A DNA stretch of 64,000 bases from Macrostomum lignano (Eukaryota), in NCBI GenBank assembly GCA_002269645.1, contig NIVC01000139.1, positions 124,001-188,000 on the forward strand. The letters run 5' to 3'. The first letter of the stretch is position 1, and each line of letters starts with the position of its first letter. The notes under the pieces were generated by a model. That model saw only the letters and a program-made list of their open reading frames with translations, did not search any database and was not told where the DNA came from. The translations under genes and the position numbers were made by a program. Shown here one piece after another: positions 23,281 through 35,500 of the stretch.

Positions 23281-23653
23281 GGTAGCCTGGTGCGACTTCA
23301 CGGTTCGCCGAGTCGGTCAGTCGCACACGTACTCAGTGCAATGTGTACTGCCAGCCAACATGCTGAACGAAAAGGTGTACATATTTTTATGGTTCTGGTG
23401 CTGCCTGCTGCTGACAGCGCTCCTAACTAACATTATCGTGTGGTGCGCGCGGCTCTCGTACTGGCAGCGAGCCAGCTCCGCCCGCCTGTGGCTGGCACTA
23501 CTGGGAGATTCATGTGATCAGACTGCCGTGAGTGGAACTCTCAGCCACTTCTCACCGGACGCCTTTCTGTTGATGAATCTCATCGCTTTGAGGTTTGGAG
23601 ATCCCTTCGCGGCCCGACTCCTAAGAGACCTCAATAGCGACGTTATCGTATAG
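23281..23653 (+). CDS. Innexin, exon 2 (spliced product ~370 aa)
   Basis: Acceptor TCCACAG at 23280; phase-2 join restores FPR-VAWCDF..VQCVLPANMLNEKVYIFLWFW, the canonical second extracellular loop and TM4; 740+373 nt = 371 codons including the stop. Confidence 0.93.
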
Positions 23654-24391
23654 CGGTACTTTCGCAAAATTCAACCAAGAAAAAAATTTGCTAAAGGCGC
23701 CAAACTCAAGCTCGTCTATGCACTTTAAGCAAAATTGATAGTTACACCCATACTGACCCAGCTGCAGACACACTTTCTCATGTTGAACAAAGGTTGATTT
23801 TTTTTGCCTGTCCATGAAAAAAGCAGAAGGATTAAAGCTAAACAATGCGTCTCTTCTTTTTCCATCATTTGTCGAACTTAGTGGTAAAAGTAAATTAGGT
23901 AAATAGTTCTAAACAATCACAGAAACGAGTTTTATAAACAATAATAATGCAGCTGCAATAATACAGGGTGTATCAACCAAATCCGCACAACACTTTTTAA
24001 TGATTAAATTGCAACTTTGAAAAACCTTTGATATGACCTGATAATATAGTCAAGAATGATTCCCATAAATTTCAGACCATTTCTTTTACGAGCTAGCAAA
24101 GTCCTGATTAGCAAACAAAGTTTGCTAATGTTTTGCAAAATTGGTGCAGGGATAATCTTCCCGAAAGAAGGCTGGTCTCCATCAAGCCCTGCATGACTGC
24201 AACCCGTTGGGCTGCTATGCTTGGAGCACTTGTGAGCTGGAGGTTATTGTACTTGTGCGGATTTGGCTGATACACTCGATGTGAATGCAGCTTTCCTGCT
24301 GGCACAAACATGTATTAATATCAAAGCTTTAACACTGAGGCCTAGAGAGAAATGAAGGCCAGCACCAACATATAAGTAAATTATTATTATA

Positions 24392-24429
24392 TCCAACGCG
24401 TTTCGACACAAGCGGTCATCTTCAGGGCT
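24392..24429 (-). ncRNA. Orphan Penelope-type minimal hammerhead ribozyme
   Basis: Minus strand CC-CUGAAGA-U-GAC(CGCUUGU)GUC-GAAAC-GC-GUU-GG; same GAAACGCGUUGG stem III as the 16149 motif; stem I only ~2 bp. Confidence 0.7.
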
Positions 24430-24635
24430 TGCACCAGGGACAACTAAAACCCTCGGGACGCGAAACGAGCCAATTCATGGCAAAAAATATGAGGGGCTCG
24501 CTTAAAAGTATTGTTCTATGGCTTTTTCAAGTCTTCTCTGCTATCAGCAGGCAAATTAAAATTGTTTTAGCTGCGGCCAGCAGTGAAGCTAAGCTGAACT
24601 ATATCAAGAGAAGCATTTTTTATTCACTTGATGAA

Positions 24636-27530
24636 ATGCCAAGAAAGTGCAGCGTATTTCCGTGCTCGTCAAATTACAACTCTGAAGCCGTTCGAACACG
24701 GACATTTGCGTTTCCCAGAGATCCACAGGAGCGAGAGCGATGGAGAAAGGCGCTGCCAAATATTCTCCAGGTAAGAAACCAGATCATTTGCTGTCATTAC
24801 TGCTGCATAATTCCGCTTCAATTCTGCATGCCAGTCTCGTCCAAACAACTTGAAACCCAAAATTTATTATTTTAGAGAGTGACTGACAATATGGGCGTGT
24901 GCGTAAAGCATTGGCCAAGCGATGCTCCAATGGTCAAGAAAAACTCTACCGAAAGGCCAATTAATCCTCCTTCTGTTTTTAATGGAGTTCCTAGCTCGTG
25001 TTTTGTTCAGAACCAAGGTACGTGACTTAAAGATTGCTCAACACTTAGCGTCTACTTCAAGTATATCGATTTTGCCGCTCACAATTATCTTACTTTTATT
25101 TTTACTCTTATTTTAGACCAGGACCGACAGGCCGAAAAGCGCGGTGTTCTTTCTGACGCGAGGTGCGGCGACATCGATGAGATGGACGCTTTTCAGCTGC
25201 TTGATTTTTTGCCGGCATGGGAAAGTTTTCGAGCTGAGGTGAAAAATTCGGATGTCGTATCTCGACATGCACTGAACACAGCTATTCTGAACGAAGACGT
25301 TTACTTGTTTACGTTAGATAAAGATGGAGACCTGTCTGTTCGAATTTTTGTCTCACCCAACTTTCTGATTCGTGCATTCAAACTGCATACACCGATTTCG
25401 GTTCGAGACTTGTTGGGATTTCAACCGACACTCAAGCGCTGGTCGCAACTGGATGCTGTTGTCGTGCGGTGCAAAAATTCCGACGCCAATCCCCAACGTG
25501 AAGTCGAAGCGTTTGTTAGTAGAATCAGTGATGATATAGATTCTGACTCTGATTTGGATCCTTCGCTTCAGTTTTTGATTCGACAACTTAGCCTTACATT
25601 AGTAAATTGGAACAATCGCCGCTATGACATTTCACTAGTGCGACAGTCAGCATTGCTCTACTTGATCAGTAGTTCGGCTTACTCTTACCTACGGAAGCTA
25701 TTGCCATTGCCTCATCCCCGAACGCTGCAGCTGCAACTAGCAGGTACAGGAGAAGTTGGCACAGAAACCGACGCAGCCGATGTGATCCAGTCAGTTTTTG
25801 CTAGTCTATCAGGAGCTCGGCGAAACTGCGTAATATGTTTGACGAAATGTACATACAACCGTCCGTTCGATGTCGATGCCGTCACCTTCTGGGTCGAGCC
25901 GTCGACGATCCGGACCAGGTTGCTAGGACAATTTTGGCTATAATGGTAAAGCCATTACTTGGTGGAAAACCGTTTGTAGTCCGACTATTGCCGACATACA
26001 TTTTGTCTGCGGAGTTTCTGCGAAAATGCGTCAGCCAAAATAACATCAACGGTGGCCGTGTCGTTGCTCTCGTCAGCGACAATCACCCTAACAACCGCAA
26101 GTGTTTTGCTTTATTTAGCGATGGAAGAGAGAAGCCATGGATTGGAACGGATGCTGCACAGGAGTCGGAATTCTTCATGCTGTTCGATTTCGTTCACATT
26201 ATCAAATGCATTCGCAACAATTGGCAAATGGAAGCGAATGGAATTCTAAGCATTCAACCTCCTGGCGCTGACAGACAGATATCCGCTAAATGGTCAGACG
26301 TGGTACGCCTGTACCAAATGGAGAAAGACCACGTAGTCAAGTGCACATGTCTAACTCATGAGGCCTGTTATCCCACAAGCATTCAGAAAACTAAAGTCAG
26401 TCTCGCTCTCCTAGTTCTCGATGAAAGGGTTGCCGCTGCATTGAAGTGTGATGGATACTCAGACACTGCGGAATTTATCAAAACCATAGTGAGATTCTGG
26501 AAAATTGTCAATTGTAAAAATCCTGATCTACTCGCACGACTACGGGATCCGGACAGGCGACCAGTCTATTCCGTTCAAGATGAAAGCATACAATTTCTTA
26601 GCGCGCTCGCGGATTCGTTTGATTCGACACATTGTGGAAAAGGCCGAGCTCGCCATCATTCATTGACGCCCGAGACCAAGTCAGCGCTGTAAACTCACTG
26701 CGCGGAGCCTGTGAGATGTGTGAGGTTCTTTTGTCCGACCCACGAATCAGCTACGTTCTGCTGGCTGACTTTCACAGTGATCCACTTGAGGCTGAGTTTG
26801 GCGTGTATCGCCAAATGAGCGGCGGCAACTACTATGTATCTGTGGAGCAAGTGCTGCTCAGTGCTCGACTCCGACGAATGAAATTATTCGCATCCCTTGA
26901 ATTAGCAGACTACAAGCACGATCGGAGCAAATGTTGCAATGAACAGCTGAATGAAATTGAACTGGTGACCATTGATAATTGTGCTGCTAAATCAGAGGAG
27001 CTTTCCATTTCGGAGATGGCTTAGCTCTACTATATCGCAGGTAAGCTGGATATTAATTAAAATTTAATTCACAACGAGGTTTTACACAATCTCATAAAAA
27101 CAATTCAAACCGTGCTTTATTGGAAATTGACAGGTTATACAGCGACTAAAGAAGGCAGGCATCAAAGGAACAGATTTGATATCAGAGACGAGCATTCCAG
27201 CCAGCGAATTCACTGAAGAGTTATCTCGCGGAAAGCTTTGTCATCCTCCACAATGGCTGTTAGACTTATCCTGTCTCTGCTACAACAGTTTTATTCTGCA
27301 CTCTCCTACGTGCGCAACTCGCGTGCAGAAGCTGTTTTATGTTATTAAGGACTTTTACTTTCCAACTAAGACACAGTTCAGCATGGACAGTGTGTCCCGT
27401 CGGCTAGCCAACGTTTTTTTCAAAGGACTAGTAAGACGCTCGTCAAAACTCCCACCAATACCGACGACATCCCATGATAGAAAGCTTCGGAAGTTAGAAG
27501 CAAATACGGAACTCCAAGGACAAGACGACA
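24636..27530 (+). pseudogene. Intron-containing THAP9/P-element-type transposase, inactivated
   Basis: MPRKCSVFPC..W; intron 24771-24875 joins in frame to VCVKHW..PSVF (THAP); second intron ends 25116; MFDEMYIQP, VSDNHPNN, LFDFVHIIKCIRNNW, DFHSDPLEAEFGVYRQMSGGNY. Frameshifts near 25840 and 26690; stop at 27022. Confidence 0.88.
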
Positions 27531-27749
27531 CAAACAGTCAGTAGCTCGTACATAAAGGAAACGCTGGAACTTCACCTACTGAGCATCTAACTTCCGAAGC
27601 TTTATATCATGGGATGTCGTCGGTATTGGTGGGAGTTTTGACGAGCGTCTTACTAGTCCTTTGAAAAAAACGTTGGCTAGCCGACGGGACACACTGTCCA
27701 TGCTGAACTGTGTCTTAGTTGGAAAGTAAAAGTCCTTAATAACATAAAA
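27335..27749. repeat. 164-bp inverted duplication of the transposase 3' end with an 87-bp spacer
   Basis: 27586-27749 is the reverse complement of 27335-27498 with very few mismatches. Confidence 0.95.
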
Positions 27750-27851
27750 TCTTCTTGCCGTTGGAGTTTCATCTTCGCTTTCATCCTTTATCTTCTTGCC
27801 GTTGGAGTTTCATCTTCGCTTTCATCCTTTATCTTCTTGCCGTTGGAGTTT
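27750..27851. repeat. 41-bp tandem repeat x2.5
   Basis: TCTTCTTGCCGTTGGAGTTTCATCTTCGCTTTCATCCTTTA starts at 27750, 27791 and (partial) 27832. Confidence 0.95.
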
Positions 27852-28082
27852 TTTGTTGATATGGCGGTTACTTTATTGTAAATACATTGTAATTATATCA
27901 CTGGTTCCTATTCTTTAAATTAAATACTCGACATTGCTTCGCTTTACTATTTAATCTAACCGTTAATGCCTGATAGCAGAGAAGACTTGAAAAAGCCATA
28001 GAACAATACTTTTAAGCGAGCCCCTCAGACTTTTTGCCATGAATTGGCTCGTTTCGCGTCCCGAGGGTTTTAGTTGTCCCTG

Positions 28083-28144
28083 CCTCTGTTTCGTAGCTCA
28101 GCCTTGAGTTGGCGCACGTTTAGTCGCTTTGGGCTTGCACTCAT
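28083..28144 (-). pseudogene. 5' start of a SAP-domain protein, cut off by the P-element end
   Basis: GCCACCGCC-ATG context; MSASPKRLNVRQLKAELRNRG matches the first SAP helix (L-x-V-x-[EQ]-L-K-x-E-L-x-x-R-G); frame then runs into the TIR. Confidence 0.55.
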
Positions 28145-29589
28145 GGCGGTGGCTGAGCAAAAAATTGAGAAATGGCGGCGGAGACAAGCCGGGCCGGGTG
28201 CAGAGGCTTTAAGCTGGCCGGCGCGGCCAACACCCCCACACCTCAACCCCCCGCCAAAATACAGCGATATGTACAGCGGCACCCCCGGCGCGTCTAACAC
28301 ACCTTACTCAGAGAGTAACGATTGCAACAAACATTTGCATGTACTCGTACTGCTATAATGGTTCTCGGGCAGGTGGCAATAAAAACAATAATTACAAGCT
28401 GTTGGCAGTGCGTAGCTCAAGTATCGCCTACCAGAGCGAGAATAGGATCAGAAGTTGGGTTCGCCAACAGGTTCACCTTTTTATATTTTCAATTTTTTCC
28501 TCTTGACACCAAAGTTTCCCTTAATACGCACGTGTCTTTTAAAAAAATATGACTTGATGGAAGTACGAGGTAGGTTGAACAGTATTTTGGGGACTCGACA
28601 GGCCTACGTAGTTTAGAGTCTTGGCCGCGCTGTACCTGGGATCCCTGTCGGTGTTTTTGGGGGTCTGAGCCGGGTTATTTTATATCACCAAGTGGCACTT
28701 TTCAATCAGGTGAATGAGAAAATTCTCGGCATTATTTACTGTGCAGACTTCAGGAGACTCGAGAGTCCTGAACTGAGTAGCACTAAACCAATGTACATGT
28801 AGCAAATTTGTGTGCATCAATCAAGCTATAAAATTTCAGACGTAGGTTTGAAGCGAGAAGATGGAAACATGCTGAGCAACTGTTGATCAAAGACAAAACG
28901 CGTAATCTGAAGTCTGCGCTTGAAGCATTTGAATTGATCAGTTTTCTAATTCTTGAATGGTTAAGTTATACATAATATTTCCTCTCTTTTCTGTGCCCTT
29001 GGCGTGTTCCCCAAATCCCCAAAGCAAGAAGCCATTAAATTAAGAACGGAGGAGGTACAAGTTGCAAAAAAATTGATAGGATTTTTTGGAATTGAGCAAG
29101 GATCTGCTGTCCATGGTCACTTCAGTCAATCGGAATCCCAATAGCAATATAATATTTTAGTTTAAAAAATGTTTGTGAATGCTAGGAAGACAAACTGTAA
29201 TAATTTACATAGGTAAAATTGTAAAAAAATATAGTAAAGTTCAGTTGTTGACAAGCATCCAAGCATACATACTCTGCAAATCTGAGAAATCTAGTGCTTT
29301 TATGGCATAAAATAGAAAAATAGGCATTCGCATTTTACTGACCGTCTCGATGTTATTTTAATGCCGATTTCCTAAAGCTGACACCGTTTGAGGGGAAATT
29401 TTTGAAAATGTTACTCTAGTTAGTAGTACACGAAGTTAAAGAAAACATTTAAACTATAAATTTTGCATATTTAGGTAGTAAAAGTTAGCTGGAGATCTCA
29501 TTGCGTCTGAAAAGGCGACAGCTTGCAGCCTTGTTCTTCTTAGAGCGCAACTTTCTAACGAATTAGGCGATGCAGCTCGAGGTCAGACG

Positions 29590-32500
29590 AACAGCGGCAG
29601 AAACTTAGGATTGCCCAGCGGCTCTGGCCTAAAATCAGCCAAGGTATTCAAAAAAAAATTAACAAAATTCGATTACAATAGAAGTCTGGACACTAGCCAC
29701 TCACCTCGCCCTGGCTTGCGAGGGCAGCTGCGGCCTCATAGCGGTTCTCATGGGTGCTGTTCACATTGTTCCTGACGAACACGGTGCTGGGCACTGGCAG
29801 CGAGTGGCTCACGGCCTTGCGGTACTCGTTCCTCTGCAAGTTGTGGGCAAAGCGGTTAAAGTGACGATTGTGGATGAAGCTGGAGCTACAAGATTAAATT
29901 GCATCCAGATTAATCGCCGCTGGTTATTTAAGAAAGGCGGTATTTTTAAAGAGAAAACGGGTGAGATGGCATGGAAACATTGCCAAATGAAAACTGTATA
30001 TTCCCAGGATACATTTTATAGAATCGCTTTGCTTGGCTAACAGCTAAGAGCGAATTCAACTGCAGTTACTTCTTGCCCAGCAAGACTTAAGCTGAAGCTT
30101 TAAATACGCTCGTAAATATGAACTGAGAATACACTGGTACTAGTAATATGATTTGAGTAGCAATTTAACATGTGAGCGTTCTAGCGGAAATTTACAAAGC
30201 AGGATAAAGTGGCTTGAATAGAACTAATATATAATTTAACTTCACCACTGAAGTATATGTAGATAGTCGGTAAATTTAAAAGCTTTACTTGAAAATGGCT
30301 GAAGAAGCGAAGGCAAGAGCCTCTTAGCTAATTAGCATTATCTACATAACTAAATCTGTGAATTAATTAGCTCGTGTTTAAGGAGTTGCTGAACTCGTAA
30401 CGAATCTTTTTTATGCAATTTAATTCGTTAAAAGGAGACGGCAACTTAATTTTTCGCAAATCTACAAAAAGCTTCAAGACTAAACTAGACTCCCCCTGAA
30501 ATCGAAAATGAAATTGATAGTGAGCCAATAAAAAACTGCATTACTGAAAAATCTGTCAATCAAGAAGCAAAAAATTTACTCAAGTACTCACCTGGGAATC
30601 TGGGTGATGCAGCACCTCCTGCAGGTTTGCCTTCCGAATAGTGGGCTGGTACGGCGCGCCAGCCCCAGGGCGGCCGAACATTCCCTCGAAGGTGTTGGCG
30701 TGTTGGTTCGCCTCCTGAACGTCTTGTAGACGCTCCAGCTGCCGCAGTGCCGCTCGCTCCTCTGCTGCACGCTGCAGGTCGGTGCCGTAGGTGCCTGCGT
30801 CATCAACAAACGCTGGCAGGTGCTGAAGTCGCAAACAGGATTGAATTTTGACCTATGCTGTGATTCTGATGACTAATCATGACATAGCTTACTCAGTTCC
30901 CGAAACTTCATGCTAATACATTTTTATTCGGAGCCTAATTGAGTAAGTACTAAGTTTAATATAGCTCTTCACAACTGGCACAATCTAGCTGGCACTTCAA
31001 AAACAAATAAAAAATACCTGGTAGCCGGTGACAGACTGGAACTTGTGCCTTGGCGTCTTGTAATTAATGTGGGTTATGTCAGATGAAGGAAGATGCTGAT
31101 CCAAAAGGTATCCGGTGTGAGGGTCCCTCACCGGCTTGCCCACCGCTCCTCGAGCCAGCTGTTCCGTCAGGAAGTCGTCAACCTGCGGCGTTTTGAAAAT
31201 AAATCTAGCGTGAGGACGTGAGCGTGATAGTATGTGACCTCTGACTGATGGAGTAATTAGGTTAAGGCCTAGCCTTGAAATTTAAACACGCTTGTGTTGC
31301 AGATTGGATCGTGCCTTGAATATCATGCGACAGTACCCAGGAGTATCTAAAATTTTGATTGAACATACCGGTGCTCTTCGCTGCTGCTTCTCAAGACGCC
31401 GACTGAGACTCTGTTCGATCATTTCTTGCTCTGAAATTCGTTTTAAGGCAAAATCAATAGTAAAACTGCCTCATCCACGCTTTGATTAGTGAGTGAGTGA
31501 GCCAGAGAAGTACTAGCTGATTACGCTCGGTGCCCAAGTTCAGCAATTTATTAATTATTCAAGTTTACCACCCTTCAACAATACGCAATGTAACTCGTCC
31601 ACGTATCATTCATAGCGTTACATTATGCACCATTTCAATGCTACACTGAAGAATCAGTTACATGTTAATAGTTTGAAAACTCACGCAGCTCTTGCGAGTA
31701 AATTCTGGCAGCCAGAGCCTTGCGTTGCTTCTCAGAGACGTGCTCTTCATGCTCGATGGCACCATAAACGGATGGCACGAGGTTTCCCTTGCTGTCCACA
31801 ATGGGCGCCCCGGAACCGGGCTTGCCAAAGGGAAAGTAGGGGTCGCCAGAGCCCCCGTAGTAGCGATGGGAGGGCGGAATGTGCTCCCCTTGGGGACCAC
31901 GGAATGTCGCACCATCAAAAGTTAGCCGAGGCAACGTGTAAGGATTCCCTGGTGCCGCTTGCGCCTGCTGGCTGGCCACACGGTAGGCCTCTGAGTCTAG
32001 CGGGTACAACACACTGCCGTCTCGCTTATCGTGGAACGGGTAGCGGTGCACGTTGCCCTCCGAGTCTCGCACCGGAGTGCCATAGCCTTTGCCCCAGGGG
32101 TCGTAGGATCCGAACGGATTGGCCGGGTTGTGTGGCTCGAACTGGAAACGGTCGGGGTATATAAAAGTTTTAAGAATTTTACTTTTCAAAGTGTCCACAG
32201 AGGCCCAATTAGTTGCTAGACTAGACACTTCGCTATGCGGCACCAACATAGTAAAATCCCTGCCAGTGATATCCCAGTCAGTGAAAACCCTGTCAACATC
32301 CCACTTAACAGACAAAATGCACTTTACAATCAAATACTATACTGTAATAAAGTTTTATACAACTGAGCCACTCCCTCTCTGCATCACTCCCTATCCTCTC
32401 AGTATCACTCCCACTCAATATTATTCCCCCCATTATCACTCCCCCTCATTAGCATCAGCATCAGCCGCCCTCAGAATAACTCCCTCTCAGCATCCTTCCC

Positions 32501-35500
32501 TCAGTTCCCTCAGCCGATCATTTACATCCTCCCACGCACAGTCCCTCAGTCCTGCCCTCATTCGGGGTCAATCTATTGTACGAGCTAAATGATTTATCGT
32601 AACATTGATCAAAAGGTTAATCCATTGTTCAAGAAATTAAAAGTAATTTTGACTACTGCTGTGACGCTACTATGATTATCAAGACAGCGCATTTTGCTGC
32701 TTTTTGCTGTTACAAGCCTCGTAATAACTACTCAGCAAACAAAAAACTTTCTTTAAGCGAAGCCATTAATTATTTCAGTGCCTGCAATATCTCAGTATTA
32801 TTATCATTTGCGGTCCTCTTAAAAATATGTCCTCACTAAACTGCTCATCTCTTGGTAAACAACTCGGTAAGAAAGGTATTATAATACTTGACTTAGCTGC
32901 AGGGGGGCTCCGTGCATCCGGAAACAGCGAGGAGGCGTTGCCGCCCATTTCGCTAACCCCTGGCGAGTATTATAATACTACTACGCTCGTAGTTTCCTTT
33001 TGCCTTACTCGGCCAAAACTATCAAAATTAATATTAATATCTTACTCGGCCAATCTTCTTCTGAACCTGCAGCAATTGGTTTGGTGCTCCAGCACCAGGT
33101 TTTCCGTATGGATCATACTGCAACTGCAATGGATGAGAATGAGTGACACATACTAAACAATGTACTTAAAAGTGAATGACAATTAATGGCAATGCAAATA
33201 ATTGAATGCATCTAAATACTCGTAAGCTGAAAGAGTCAAAGATGTTTAAAGAACAAACCGTTTGCAGCTCTTCCTTTAGCTCATGCTGTCTCTCGACCTC
33301 GCGCAGCATCGCTTGTTGCTGCATATGATGGTCTGAATAAGTTAAAGTCTATCATTTTGATTTCCTGTAAGAACCTTTTGGTCAAAAATTGCAAAGTGAA
33401 TAAAAAATCATCGCCTACCTAGCTCTCTGGCGTACTCCTGACCGTTCGGATTTTTGTACCGGATTGGATCGATGGGATCCCGACCTTTTTTGACTTCTTG
33501 GAAGCGGATCATGGGGTCGCCTGGAACCTGTGTCAGCAGCTCGCCACTCTCTGTTCTTATAGGAGCTCCATGACCAGGTCGATTGAAAGGTAGCTGTGGG
33601 TTCATTTGGGAGGAATTCCATGCGCTGAGGTGCTAAGTGTAGTTTAAACTCATAACCCACTGTACACCGCTAAACAGAGTATAAAGTAATGGAGATAAAA
33701 AACCGGCTTGCTGTAAATATGCAGACTGACTGACTGACTGAGTGTTCACCGTGTCTATTCCCTAGTGTTAAAACTTGCGGAGGTTATCAGTAGCTTATCT
33801 CCGCTACACCAAAGACAACGGAATTATGTGCAAATATATACATCTATATTTAGTCCGAGTTTATCTCCGGCGGAGAAATTAATCTCCGCTCCCTGTATAG
33901 ATCCATCGCGCCTCACATGCCGTGAGTTATGTATATGATAATTTATAATAGTCATTTATTAAGCATTCTACGGCTAGAATGTCCGAGGCTGCATTTAGTG
34001 TTGCCCTTGAGTGTTGCCAAGGGCATTCTAGCCATCGACAATTTAATTTAGTGGCTATTATTTTATATGAAATCAGATTGCTTATTTTGGGGATATTCCA
34101 TCTGGTCCCCTTACCCCTTGCTCTTCCGGCTGGTCCGATGGCACATCTTGCTCCAGAAACTTCTGCTTCTTCAGGACCTCCGAGTCGACGCCCCTGGGGG
34201 CACCATGGCCTGGTCGGCCCCACGGATTGTAATTGCTGAGCATGTGCATATCCTGTAATAAAGTGATAAGCATAACTACTACTTTCAGTAGAAGAATGTG
34301 AAATAAAATACTTTGTAAACTGTTGGGAACAACCTGACGCTTCTCCAACTGCCTCTCCAGCATCTGTCTCTGCTTCTCCTGCTTGTAGCGCTGGATGTCC
34401 GCCTCCGCCTCTATCTGCTGTCGAGCGATTTTCTCCTCCTCATTTTCACTGCAGCAGTTTAGGGATACCACGGATTATCGTGGCCAATCTTGAGCCTATT
34501 TCACCCAGTCAACTTCCGAATCGTTAATAAAATTCTAGCAACAAATCATTTCAAAATCAAGGAATAATCATTTAGCGTACATAAAGAACTCATTTTTCAT
34601 GACAAATTTACGAATGCCGAATTTCAACGAACTGAAGAGGTAAACAGTTTTGAGATTTTATCCAAATCCTAAGTTTTACAATTTTTACACATACCCGATG
34701 TGCAAGCTTTATTCTCATCATCATTCATAACGTAAGTCTCGTTCATCACAGCGACTGGAATGATTTCCTTTTTGATACGAGCATTTATTACCCAGTAAAA
34801 TAGCATGCCAAAACCTTTCTGGGTAGCCGCTCTTGCTTTGGTTAGTACAGATTATTCAAATGCTTCGAAGTGACTCTGGATTCGAATAATGATCTTTAAC
34901 AGTGATATATTTGCTTATTGACCAAGGAGGGGTGGCATTTCACATAATAATCGGGCTTGACTTTCGCTGTGTCGAATACTTTTTTTAAAGTATTCAATTA
35001 AAATTACTTCTTTGGCACCTGGAATACGTTTTCTTCTCTGTGCATGTGAACTTTACAATGGCGCAGAGCATATTGCGAAACCATGAGTCAAGAATTAGCT
35101 GCTAAAAACTCACTATTCACAGAAAATCACAAAAATCAAGGGGGTCCTGGCGATTTCACAAATAGTGGAAATGGAAATTCATGTAAATTATCATGTAAGG
35201 GCAAAGGCTCTAAAAATTATCTCTAAGGTGATCCGAGAGCTGATAAAACAAGGCCGGTGAATCTGGACATAGATGAGGTTTGAGCGGACGTTTTTATGAG
35301 ATGTTCCGGTCACCACAGAGCGCAGCGAACGCCGAAATAAGCGAATCGCCCAGGAGCGGCTCGCTTCTCTCTGATGAGGAGATAATGGCATCGAGTGCTT
35401 GCAGCACCATTAATACCCGATTGATGAAATGAAGTGAACAGTTTTTCCATGAAGTTTTATTTAGGGCAGTTGGCTAAAGTACACATCCACATCCTGATTA

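Larger units (their letters stand above)
24435..28082 (+). mobile_element. P-superfamily DNA transposon, ~3.65 kb, defective
   Basis: 113-bp near-perfect TIRs starting CAGGGACAAC (24435-24547 and 27970-28082); encodes THAP plus P-type transposase; no 8-bp TSD adjacent to both ends. Confidence 0.92.

Noticed and set aside
32340-32560. Ser/Pro-rich ORF 32119-32592
   Set aside because: Degenerate TCACTCCC-type minisatellite within an intron of the minus-strand gene.
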